Shown here: positions 8,678 through 17,532 of the stretch, piece by piece | Layout of the letters: each line of letters opens with the position of its first letter | How positions within the stretch are numbered: the first letter of the stretch is position 1 | NCBI GenBank assembly: GCA_003221005.1 | Contig: QHTZ01000067.1 | Span: 38,116 to 102,115 of the forward strand | Direction of reading: 5' to 3' | DNA: 64,000 nt | Source: Gemmatimonadota bacterium | GTDB taxonomy: Bacteria; Gemmatimonadota; Gemmatimonadetes; Gemmatimonadales; GWC2-71-9 | Notes under the pieces: model-generated | The model's database searches: none | The model's input: only the letters and a program-made list of their open reading frames with translations | Told to the model about the DNA's origin: nothing | Program-made: the position numbers and the translations under genes

Positions 8678-10102
8678 ATGACGCTTGAGACTCGGACGCT
8701 GTCCGTCATCGCCTTCACCGGTCTCATTGCGGCGTGTGGCGGGGGCACCGTCGGCATACCGTTCATCGGCTCGGTGAACGGCGCGGCCTCGCCAGCAGGA
8801 GCCGTCGGCGCCCAAGTGATCATCTCGGGCGTCAGTTACGGGGACGTGCAGGGGAGCAGCCAGGTGTTGTTCACGAACTCACTCGGCGGCCTCAGCGTCG
8901 CCGCCCCGATCGCACAGGCGAGCGATTGGACCAATACGTACATCATCACCACGGTGCCGGCCGGGGCGTTCAGCGGCGCACTGGTCGTACAGACCGGCGG
9001 CGGCACGAGCGGCGGCTGGCCATTCACGGTCAGCCCGAGCGTACCGAACGTGCCCCTCACTCCCTCAGCGGTGTCCTGGACCGCGGGCAGCTCGCTCCCC
9101 GTCGCTGTGAGCGGGAATGCTGCTGTGTATGCCCGCGTCCGGACAACGTACGGGACCGACACGGGGTTCGTCTACTCAATCGGCGGCGCGGACAACACGG
9201 GCACGCCGACGACCGGTGTGTACTACGCCGGTATCGGCACGAACGGCTCGCTCGAAGCGTGGAAGGCGACCGCATCGCTGCCCACGGCGCTGGCGTTCCA
9301 CGCCGCCGTCGCCGCCACTCCCCGGAACTCCCCCGTCAACACCACCGGCTATCTCTACGTGCTCGGTGGCGCGACCAATTCGTCCGGCACGGTCTACCGC
9401 GCCGCGCTGAATGCGGACGGGACGGTCGGCGCCTGGACCTCAGTCGGCACCCTTCCCGCGCTCCATTCGTTCGGCGCCATCATCCACCTCGGCTCGCTAT
9501 ACGTCGTGGGAGGAGCCAACAACAGCGCGAACACCGCAGTAGCCACGGTGTACCGGAGGACGATCCAGGTGGACGGGTCCCTCACGACCCCCCCCGGAAC
9601 CCAAGGGCCCCTGCCAGCGCCCCGGGCTCGCTTGGGCATCGGTGCGTACGGGCTCTATATGTACGCCGTGGGCGGCGACACGGCGACGCTCGCCCCCAAC
9701 GACGCGACGCCACCGAACTCGGGGGTCGTCGCTGTGTTCTACGGCAAGCTCAACCCTAGCTCGCACGACATCGCGACGTGGACCGCGGCCGGACAGCTCG
9801 AAACGGCTCGCTCGGCGCACACGGCCGTCATCGCGGGAGGCAACATCCTCGTCACAGGCGGGCTCTACAGCGGAGCGGCGACCGGAACGAACGAGGACAG
9901 CTATGCCGCTATCGCCGCAGACGGCACCGTGGGGAGCTTCAGCCCGGCCTCGGGCGGGACCAAGCTCACGTCCAACCTGTTCAACCACGCCGCCATCGGA
10001 TACTTGAGCACCGGCAGCAATCCGACCTTCCACCTCGTGGTCGTGGGGGGGGACAACGTGAATGCCCCGGGAACCAAGAGTGCCCAGTCGTTCATCTACT
10101 GA
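8678..10102 (+). CDS. Lipoprotein with an IPT/TIG domain and Kelch-type beta-propeller repeats
   Basis: Lipobox LIAAC. IPT-like segment GAQVIISGVSYGDVQGSSQVLF...ITTVPAGAFSGALVV. Repeated motifs YLYVLGG, LYVVGG, MYAVGGD, ILVTGG, LVVVGGDN. Confidence 0.7.
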   Translation: MTLETRTLSVIAFTGLIAACGGGTVGIPFIGSVNGAASPAGAVGAQVIISGVSYGDVQGSSQVLFTNSLGGLSVAAPIAQASDWTNTYIITTVPAGAFSGALVVQTGGGTSGGWPFTVSPSVPNVPLTPSAVSWTAGSSLPVAVSGNAAVYARVRTTYGTDTGFVYSIGGADNTGTPTTGVYYAGIGTNGSLEAWKATASLPTALAFHAAVAATPRNSPVNTTGYLYVLGGATNSSGTVYRAALNADGTVGAWTSVGTLPALHSFGAIIHLGSLYVVGGANNSANTAVATVYRRTIQVDGSLTTPPGTQGPLPAPRARLGIGAYGLYMYAVGGDTATLAPNDATPPNSGVVAVFYGKLNPSSHDIATWTAAGQLETARSAHTAVIAGGNILVTGGLYSGAATGTNEDSYAAIAADGTVGSFSPASGGTKLTSNLFNHAAIGYLSTGSNPTFHLVVVGGDNVNAPGTKSAQSFIY

Positions 10103-10108
10103 GGCGTT

Positions 10109-11764
10109 CTAGCTCGTCGCTAGCTCCGCGCCCGGCAGAAACCGGGGTGGCCGGCGCGCCCGGGTCGCCTGCTCGAGCCCGTATGCCAGCTTGATGAGGA
10201 GCGGTTCGCTGTACGGCCGCCCGATGAACGACACACCGACGGGGAGCGCGAACACGTAGCCCATCGGAACGGTGATGCTCGGATACCCTGCCACGGCGGC
10301 CGGCGTCGAGCTGCCGCCCAGGAAGTGATCGCCGTTCACTAGGTCGATCGTCCAGGGCGGATTCCCCGTGGGGGCGACCACGGCGTCGAGCGCGAACTTC
10401 GCGAGCACAGCGTCGAGCCCCTGGTCCCGCGCGAGTAGCTGGTCCTTCGCCAGCGCCTTCAAATAAGCGTCCTCTGTCAGGGACCCCTTCGCCTCCGCCT
10501 TCTCGAAGAGGTCCTGATCGAAGTAGGTCAGCTCGTCGGCCTGATGCCGCTCGTTGAAATCGATCAACTCCTTGAGGGTGTGGACCGGCGCAGCGGCGCC
10601 AAGGTCGGCGAGGTAGCGGTTGAGGTCGGCCTTGAACTCGTACAGCAGGACCTCGAGCTCCGAGTCGTCGTACTCGCCGGCGTGGGGGATGTCCGCGGGG
10701 TCCACGATCACCGCGCCGAGGCGCCGCATCGTGTCCAACGCCTCCTCCACCAGGCGGTCGGTCGGGGGGTGATAGCCGAAGAACTTGGTGCGCGCGACTC
10801 CGATGCGGGCCCCCTTGAGCCCGTTCGGGTCGAGGAACGAGGCGTAGTCCGTAGAGCCCATAGCCTGGCTCCCCTGCGTGGCGGGATCGCGCGGATCGAC
10901 TCCCGCGAGCACGCTGAGCAGGACGGCGGCGTCGGCCACAGTGCGGGCCATGGGGCCCGCCGTGTCCTGGCTGTGGGCGATGGGGACGATCCCGGAGCGG
11001 CTGACGAGCCCCAGCGTCGGCTTGATGCCGACGAGGGAATGCGCCGCCGACGGGCAAACGATGGAGCCGTCCGTCTCCGTCCCGACCGCGACGGCGCAGC
11101 AGCTCGCGGCGACCGCGGCAGCCGACCCCGAGCTCGATCCGCAGGGGCTGCGATCGAGGGCGTAGGGATTGCGGCACTGACCGCCCCGCGCGCTCCAGCC
11201 GCTCGAGGAGTGGCTCGAGCGGAAGTTCGCCCATTCGCTCAGGTTGGTCTTCCCGAGGATGACCGCTCCAGCGGCTCGCAAGTGCTCAGCCACGAACGCG
11301 TCGCGTGGCGCCCGGGCCCCGACCAGGGCCAGCGACCCCGCGGTCGTTGCCATGCGGTCCGCCGTCGCGACGTTGTCCTTGATCATCACGGGGACGCCGT
11401 GGAGCGGGCCCCGCGGACCCTTGGCCCGGCGCTCGGCGTCGAGCGAATCTGCGATGGCGAGGGCGTCGGGGTTGGTCTCGAGCACCGCCCGGATCGCCGG
11501 CCCCCGGCGGTCCAGGGCGTCGATGCGCGAGAGATACTGCTCGCACAGCCCTCGTGCGGTGTAGCGGCCCGACCGCATCCCCTGCTGCAGCTCCGCGACC
11601 GTAGCTTCTGCGAGATCGAACAGCGCCGGCGCGATAGGCGGGCCCGAGGGCATCGGCGCGGTCATCCGAGCGGGGGTGCGGCGGTCGACAGCCGCGGCCG
11701 CCGCGGCGAGCGTGCCGTACCGCAGGAACTCGCGGCGATCGATCGCATCCTGACGAGCGTGCAT
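10109..11764 (-). CDS. Amidase (amidase-signature family), Tat-exported
   Basis: Twin-arginine leader DRREFLRYGTLAAAAAAV. AS signature GSSSGSAAAVAASCCAVAVGTETDGSIVCPSA. Confidence 0.9.
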   Translation of the reverse strand: MHARQDAIDRREFLRYGTLAAAAAAVDRRTPARMTAPMPSGPPIAPALFDLAEATVAELQQGMRSGRYTARGLCEQYLSRIDALDRRGPAIRAVLETNPDALAIADSLDAERRAKGPRGPLHGVPVMIKDNVATADRMATTAGSLALVGARAPRDAFVAEHLRAAGAVILGKTNLSEWANFRSSHSSSGWSARGGQCRNPYALDRSPCGSSSGSAAAVAASCCAVAVGTETDGSIVCPSAAHSLVGIKPTLGLVSRSGIVPIAHSQDTAGPMARTVADAAVLLSVLAGVDPRDPATQGSQAMGSTDYASFLDPNGLKGARIGVARTKFFGYHPPTDRLVEEALDTMRRLGAVIVDPADIPHAGEYDDSELEVLLYEFKADLNRYLADLGAAAPVHTLKELIDFNERHQADELTYFDQDLFEKAEAKGSLTEDAYLKALAKDQLLARDQGLDAVLAKFALDAVVAPTGNPPWTIDLVNGDHFLGGSSTPAAVAGYPSITVPMGYVFALPVGVSFIGRPYSEPLLIKLAYGLEQATRARRPPRFLPGAELATS

Positions 11765-11821
11765 GTGCGGTCTCCTCGCTTGGGCGGAGGCTGAACACCA
11801 TAGATACCTTAAGGAGGTCGA

Positions 11822-12232
11822 ATGAACGCGAGCAAGGGAGTACGGTGGGCCGTGATCGGCTTGTCGGCGCTCGTCGCCGGATGCCTCGTGGCGGCCGCCG
11901 GCGCCGGCGCGGGCGGCGGCATCTACTTCACGTCGCGCGGGGCGGAGGGAGTGGTGCCTGCGTCAGTCGAGCGGGCGGCTCACGCGACGGACCAGGCGTT
12001 CGATCACTTCAAGATCAGGAAGACGAAGGTCGCGGCAGAGCGGAGCGATGAGGGCCAGAAGCAGGAGATCTCAGGGACGGCGGCCGAGCGCAAGGAGGAG
12101 GTCACCGTCACACTCCGGGCTGAAGACCCCGGGTCCACTCGGATTCAGGTCGTGGCCCGGAAGAGCGCCGTGACGTGGGACAAGAGCTTCGCGCGCGCGG
12201 TGCTGGAGCAGATCGTCACGTCCGCGCGCTGA
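11822..12232 (+). CDS. Small lipoprotein (DUF3568-like)
   Basis: AAGGAGG RBS upstream of the ATG. Lipobox LVAGC. 136 aa. Confidence 0.6.
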   Translation: MNASKGVRWAVIGLSALVAGCLVAAAGAGAGGGIYFTSRGAEGVVPASVERAAHATDQAFDHFKIRKTKVAAERSDEGQKQEISGTAAERKEEVTVTLRAEDPGSTRIQVVARKSAVTWDKSFARAVLEQIVTSAR

Positions 12233-12266
12233 GGCGACCGGCGCCCCGATACCCTCACAGATCTCC

Positions 12267-12491
12267 CTACCGGGTGGGGCTGCACCTGGACGCCGCCGAC
12301 TGAATTCCCGTGGCGGACGTGCAGGAATTGATCCGGTCGCTCGTGGCTGCGCCGTTTGCTTGCGCGTGAAGCGCGGGGGCACGGTACATCATCGGGTCCA
12401 TGGGGTCCATCGTAGTGCCGCCCGTACCGCTGCCGTGGCAGGCGGCCAGGAGCAGAGTCGCGAACCCCAACAGGGACACTAAGCGCATCAT
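12267..12491 (-). CDS. Small Met-rich lipoprotein (about 74 aa)
   Basis: An internal start of ORF 12267..12569 is preceded by GGAGG. It encodes MMRLVSLLGFATLLLAACHGSG... with MDPMDPMM and two C-terminal Cys. It lies 78 bp downstream of a radical SAM gene on the same strand. Confidence 0.5.
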   Translation of the reverse strand: MMRLVSLLGFATLLLAACHGSGTGGTTMDPMDPMMYRAPALHAQANGAATSDRINSCTSATGIQSAASRCSPTR

Positions 12492-12568
12492 GGAACCTCC
12501 AGCGTGCGGACGAGGGCTCGTCATCGGCGACCGGGAATTGTATGTGAGCATCGTCCCTTTTTCAACCA

Positions 12569-13954
12569 TTACACCCCGCCGTTGTTCCCCGCGAGGGCGA
12601 GCAACGCCTCGCGCGCCTTGCGCGCCTCCTCCCGCGCCGTGGCGCCGTTCGTCGCGTCGAGGCGGTGCGACTCGACTTCGTGGCGCAGCCAGCGATCGGC
12701 GTACCGGTACAGCTCGCGCGGATACCGGCCGCGCACGTCATAGTCACGATCGGTGGCCGCGGCCCAATCGCGGGTTGCAACGACGCGGTCGCCCAGCTCC
12801 CGGAAGTACGCCGTGTTCTTGATCGGGTACGCGACCGTGGTGAGGAAAACGTCGGGATCGGCGCGCCTCACGAGCGCGACCGTCTCCGCGATGTCGTCCA
12901 CGGTCTCGCCCTCGTAGCCCCACATCAGGAACATGCCGACCCGAAGCCCATGGCGCTTGGCGGCCCGGGTGGCGAAGAGCACCTGCTCCACGGTGACGCC
13001 GCGCTCCATTGCGTCCAGGATCCGCTGGCTCCCGCTCTCCGCGCCGATCCAGATGCGCCAGCAGCCCATCTCGGCCAGCGTGCGCAGAACGTCCTCCTGC
13101 ATCATGCGGTCGGCCCGGGAGATCGTTTCGAAGGGCACGCGCAGGCGCCGACGTTGCAGCTCGGCGGCATAGTCGTACAGCCAGCGATGGTGAATCGTGA
13201 ACACGTCATCCGCATACCAGACGATGTCCGGCCGGTAGCGCTGCACCAGGAACTCGAGCTCGTCGGCGACGCCGGCGACGCTGCGGCGCCGATGGGTGTA
13301 GCCGAAAACGGCGTGCGAGCACCAGCGGCAGCGATAGGGACAGCCGCGCGCCGTGATCAGGTTCACACTCCCGGTTCCGTGATGCGTGCGCCACACATCC
13401 ACATACCGCTGGACGTCGATCGCGTCGCGATCAGGCCACGGGAGGGCATCGAGGTCGCGGATCTGGGGGCGGTCCGGATTGATGACAACGGTGCCGCTCT
13501 CGTCCCGAAAGGCCGCGCCAGCCATGCCGTGCAGCCGGTGCGGCCCGCGCGCGTCGAGAGCGGGGAGCAGCTCGACCATGGTCTCCTCGCCCTCGCCGAA
13601 CACCACGACGTCGGCACCGCGCGCCAAGTACTCTGCCGGGTAGTTGGCGGCCTCGGGGCCGCCGAGCACGACGGTCCAACCCTGTGACTTGGCCCGGGTG
13701 ACGAGGTCCAGCACCGACCCCCGCGTGATGAGATTCGTGTATACGCCGAGGACGCCGGCAGGCGCCGTTCCGAGCCGCGCGGCGAGCGCATCGCGGGTGG
13801 CAAAGGTGGTGTCGAACACCTCGACGCCCAGACCCGCGCGCCGCAGATACGCGGCGACGTAGAGCAGCCCGAGGGGCGGGTACGGCTTCATCACTTCCCG
13901 CTCCTTCGGGTCGTCGTCGAGGAAGTAGCCGTGGGTGAGGAGAATGTCGGTCAT
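12569..13954 (-). CDS. B12-binding-domain radical SAM enzyme (#1)
   Basis: N-terminal Rossmann-like region (PPLGLLYVAAYLRRAGLGVEVFD, VVFGEGEETMVELL) and the CxxxCxxC motif in ITARGCPYRCRWCSH. Start trimmed to MTDILLTHGY. Confidence 0.85.
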   Translation of the reverse strand: MTDILLTHGYFLDDDPKEREVMKPYPPLGLLYVAAYLRRAGLGVEVFDTTFATRDALAARLGTAPAGVLGVYTNLITRGSVLDLVTRAKSQGWTVVLGGPEAANYPAEYLARGADVVVFGEGEETMVELLPALDARGPHRLHGMAGAAFRDESGTVVINPDRPQIRDLDALPWPDRDAIDVQRYVDVWRTHHGTGSVNLITARGCPYRCRWCSHAVFGYTHRRRSVAGVADELEFLVQRYRPDIVWYADDVFTIHHRWLYDYAAELQRRRLRVPFETISRADRMMQEDVLRTLAEMGCWRIWIGAESGSQRILDAMERGVTVEQVLFATRAAKRHGLRVGMFLMWGYEGETVDDIAETVALVRRADPDVFLTTVAYPIKNTAYFRELGDRVVATRDWAAATDRDYDVRGRYPRELYRYADRWLRHEVESHRLDATNGATAREEARKAREALLALAGNNGGV

Positions 13955-13961
13955 GAACGGC

Positions 13962-14762
13962 TCAGCGCACAACCGTTTCCCAGACGTCGAAGCGGGACGG
14001 GGGGCGGCGGCCCAGCGCACGGGCGGCAAGCGGGCGAAGCTCGTACCAAAGGGGATAGCGCACGCGGTGACGGCGCCAAGAGAGGTGGAAGGGCGCCGAC
14101 GCGGCGGCGAGCCGATCCGCTGTGAGATACTCGATCATCCGCAGCGCGAGCAGGTCGGCGGCGCGATCCCCCCATTCCCGGCGTGCGGTCTCACGTTTTT
14201 CAGCGACCATCCGTTCTCCATCTACGGCACGCCCGTAGAACGGGCTGTCAAGGATAACGAGCCGGCCTCCGGGAAGGGTCGCGCGGACCGCCTCCCCGAT
14301 CGTCCCGTCGAGTGACGACGTGTAATGGATGGCGGCGTTAAAGACGACGAGATCGAACGCGCGCTTCACGGGAAGCGCGTCGAAGGACGCCGCCACGCGG
14401 GACAACGCCGGCGCGAGGTGAGCCCCGTACGCCGCGCCCGCGCCAAGGCCATCCACCGCGTCGCGCCGCCAATCGAGCGCGACGCACCGATGGCCCTGCA
14501 GCGCGAGCCGGTAGCAGAGCCAGCCGTTCCCCGCTCCCAGGTCCAGGACGTTGAGCGGTTGCGGAGCCCGGGCCCGCCTCAGTGGCGCCACCACCGCGCG
14601 CAGCAAGCACTCGTAGCTCCGGGCCCGCACGGCCCACTGACGCGCCAGCGGTCCTGTGCGGAGATACGGGAGAGCGAGGAGCTCTGCGACTCCCCTTGAA
14701 CCGCGGCCCTCGGCCTCCCGGTGCTTGGCGTAAGCCGTGCGGAATCGCGCCGACGTCGTCAT
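13962..14762 (-). CDS. Class I SAM-dependent methyltransferase (#1)
   Basis: Motif I VLDLGAGNGWLCYRLALQGHRCVALD. Confidence 0.8.
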   Translation of the reverse strand: MTTSARFRTAYAKHREAEGRGSRGVAELLALPYLRTGPLARQWAVRARSYECLLRAVVAPLRRARAPQPLNVLDLGAGNGWLCYRLALQGHRCVALDWRRDAVDGLGAGAAYGAHLAPALSRVAASFDALPVKRAFDLVVFNAAIHYTSSLDGTIGEAVRATLPGGRLVILDSPFYGRAVDGERMVAEKRETARREWGDRAADLLALRMIEYLTADRLAAASAPFHLSWRRHRVRYPLWYELRPLAARALGRRPPSRFDVWETVVR

Positions 14763-14823
14763 CGGTCGAAGGTTAGCGGGTCGCTATTGGACCCGCCAGT
14801 TCCTGGGTAGATTACCCGGTTCG

Positions 14824-15609
14824 ATGTCATCCGCCGTAGCTTTCGAGACGCTCGCGCCTGAGTACGACGCGCGCTTCACCCAGAGCATGATCGGGCGATT
14901 GCTGCGCCGAGCCGTGTGGCACTGGCTCGACCGTGCCTTCGCGCCCGGTGAACGCGTCCTCGAGCTCAACTGCGGGACCGGCGAGGACGCGATGCACCTG
15001 GCCGCTCGGGGCGTGCGCATCCTCGCAACCGACGCTTCCCCCGCGATGCTCGATCTCGCACGGGCCAAGGTCAGCGATGCGGGGCTCGGCGGCCTTATCG
15101 AAATGCGGCTGACGGCGATCGACCGTCTCGCCGACTTGCGGGGGGAACTCCGGGAGGCGCTGGACGGCGCCTGGTCGAGCTTCGGCGGCCTCAACTGCGT
15201 GGCCGACGTGCCCGGCGCAGCTCGGGGTCTCGCCCCGCTGCTCAGGCCGGGGGCGCGCGTCGTGCTGTGTGTGATGGGGCCCCTGGTGCCATGGGAATGG
15301 GCGTGGTTCCTGATGCGGGGACAGGTGCGCAGCGCCCTGCGTCGGCTCACACGGGGCGGCGTGCCGTGGCGAGGGGTGACGGTCCGGTACCCGTCCATTC
15401 GCGCGCTGCGGCGGGCGTTCGCCCCGGGTTTCGTCGTCCGGCGTGTAGGCGGGCTCGGCGTGCTCCTCCCGCCCACCTACGCGGAAGCGTGGGCGCGCCG
15501 CCATCCGCACCTGATCGCACGCCTCGACCGGTGGGAGCGCCGCATCGAGCGCTGGCCCATCGTGCCTTGGCTCGGCGATCACTGCCTGCTGGAGCTGGAG
15601 CGGCGATGA
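14824..15609 (+). CDS. Class I SAM-dependent methyltransferase (#2)
   Basis: Motif I VLELNCGTGEDAMHLAARGVRILATDASPAML. Start trimmed to the ATG (MSSAVAF). Confidence 0.8.
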   Translation: MSSAVAFETLAPEYDARFTQSMIGRLLRRAVWHWLDRAFAPGERVLELNCGTGEDAMHLAARGVRILATDASPAMLDLARAKVSDAGLGGLIEMRLTAIDRLADLRGELREALDGAWSSFGGLNCVADVPGAARGLAPLLRPGARVVLCVMGPLVPWEWAWFLMRGQVRSALRRLTRGGVPWRGVTVRYPSIRALRRAFAPGFVVRRVGGLGVLLPPTYAEAWARRHPHLIARLDRWERRIERWPIVPWLGDHCLLELERR

Positions 15610-17009
15610 AGCGGCGCGTCGTACTCTACAACCCAGTGGCCGCGTTCCACACCATGCCACTCGCGCTCGTCGCGATCGGCTCCCATCTCGACCGCGAGCG
15701 GTACGAGCCGCTGATCGTGGATGGGCGACTGGAGCCCGACGCAGTGGGTCGTGTGCTGCAAGCGGCTGAGGGTGCGTTGTGCGTCGGGGTCACGGTGCTC
15801 ACCGGGGAGCCGATTCGCGACGCGGTGAGGATCTCGCGCGCGGTCAAGGCACGATATCCTGATCTTCCCGTGGTCTGGGGCGGTTGGCACCCGTCGATGT
15901 TTGGCGTCCAATGCCTCGAGGAGCCAAGCGTCGACGTCACCGTGCAGGGCCAGGGCGAGGTCACGTTCCTCGAGATCGTGGATCGCCTGGCCCGCGGCGA
16001 TGCGCTCGACGGTTGTCTCGGTTGCTCCCATCGGGCGAACCACGGCGCCGTGACGCGAAACGCCTCCCGGCCGCTCGAGGACGTCAACGCCTTTCGCCCG
16101 CACGATTACACGCTGATCGACATCGAGCGGTATTACGGGCTCAAGGGCAAGAAGCAGCTCGACTACATCGCCTCCCAGGGGTGCCGCTTCCGCTGCGCGT
16201 TCTGCGCCGATCCGTTCGTCTACCAGCGCCGCTGGGTCGGGCTCGACCCCGCCCGCGTGGGCTTCGAGATCGAGCAGTGGTGGTTCCGCTACCGCTTCAC
16301 GGACGTCAACTTCCAGGACGAGACCTTCTTCACGTCGACGCCACGCGTGGTGGCAATCGCGGAGGAGTTCATCCGTCGGGGACTGCCCATCACTTGGGCC
16401 GCCACGATGCGCGCCGATCAATGTGTGCGCATGACCGATGACGCTTTCGAGGTGTGCAAACGCTCCGGACTGCGGCGGGTCCTCGTCGGCGTCGAATCTG
16501 GGTCACCAGAGATCCTCAAGCGCATCAAGAAGGACATCACGATCGAGCAGGTTCTGGAAACCGCGGCGCGCTGCCGGGCGCTGGGCCTCAGGGTGCAATT
16601 CCCGTTCATCGTTGGCTTCCCCGACGAGGACGAGGATAGCGTCTCGGCGACGCTCGCGCTTGCCAAGCGGCTGCGGGCCATGAGTCCCGACTTTGAGACG
16701 ATGATCTTCTACTTCAAGCCGTATCCCGGCTCCGCGCTGACCGAAGACGCGGTACGCCGCGGCTACGAACTGCCCCGCACGCTCGAGGCGTGGTCCACGT
16801 TCGACTACGTCGGTTCCGCGGGCCCCTGGGTCTCGCGTGAGAAGTACCGCCGCATGGAGCGATTCAAGTTCTACGAGCGGCTGGCCTGGGACCGGGTACC
16901 AGCGTGGAAGAAACCGCTCCAGAGGCTCGCGCGCTGGCGCTGCCGCCAGGATGCGTACGGGTTTCCCGTTGAGAAACTGGTACTAGGAGCGACCTCTGGA
17001 CTTCGCTGA
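15606..17009 (+). CDS. B12-binding-domain radical SAM enzyme (#2)
   Basis: MKRRVVLYNPVAAFHTMPLALVAIGSHL..., VQGQGEVTFLEIV and CxxxCxxC in ASQGCRFRCAFCAD. The ATG overlaps the upstream stop (ATGA). It looks paralogous to the 25596..27074 gene. Confidence 0.85.
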   Translation: MKRRVVLYNPVAAFHTMPLALVAIGSHLDRERYEPLIVDGRLEPDAVGRVLQAAEGALCVGVTVLTGEPIRDAVRISRAVKARYPDLPVVWGGWHPSMFGVQCLEEPSVDVTVQGQGEVTFLEIVDRLARGDALDGCLGCSHRANHGAVTRNASRPLEDVNAFRPHDYTLIDIERYYGLKGKKQLDYIASQGCRFRCAFCADPFVYQRRWVGLDPARVGFEIEQWWFRYRFTDVNFQDETFFTSTPRVVAIAEEFIRRGLPITWAATMRADQCVRMTDDAFEVCKRSGLRRVLVGVESGSPEILKRIKKDITIEQVLETAARCRALGLRVQFPFIVGFPDEDEDSVSATLALAKRLRAMSPDFETMIFYFKPYPGSALTEDAVRRGYELPRTLEAWSTFDYVGSAGPWVSREKYRRMERFKFYERLAWDRVPAWKKPLQRLARWRCRQDAYGFPVEKLVLGATSGLR

Positions 17010-17522
17010 CCACCCCCTCCCGGGGCCCACCTGAATAGAGGGTGTTCGCGTGACTCCGCGACCTACTACCATCCGCCCACACCCACCTCCCGCCCGCAGT
17101 CTTGTCGAAATCCATTCCGCAGACGCGAGTTCAGGGTGGGCTGCCTTGAAGCCCGTGTAGTAGGTGAATGCGGAATACAAGAGCCCCAGGGAACTGGTAA
17201 CCACCCAGCGCCGAGCGCAATTCCCGATCCAACCAAAGCTTCTGTTTGATCCCCAGCGGCCCGGCCGCTGCGAATTGGGAGAATCCGCGCGGCGCGACAC
17301 CGAGAAAGGTCTCTAGAATGCGATCGAACTTCAGGATCGGCTTTTTCGTACCGCCTCGCCCAGGCAGTACTCCACGGGGCGGGCGGGGAAGCCGGCGTCG
17401 CCCTTCTTACGGGTGAACCGCTGCTCCGACGCGGCGGCGACGATCTCGCCATCGGCCAGCAGCGCGGCGGCGCTGTCGTGATAGTACGCCGAAATCCCGA
17501 GGATTCGTACGGAGCGGGCCAA
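17010..17522 (-). pseudogene. Carbamoyltransferase (NodU/CmcH family) remnant: truncated and frameshifted
   Basis: The minus strand reads (L)ARSVRILGISAYYHDSAAALLADGEIVAAASEQRFTRKKGDAGFP...YCLGEA and then hits a stop. The family sequence resumes in another frame (KKPILKFDRILETFLGVAPRGF...) at an A5 run and dies after about 70 codons. Only about 0.5 kb remains of a gene that is normally about 1.7 kb. Confidence 0.7.
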
Positions 17523-17532
17523 CCGCAACCCC

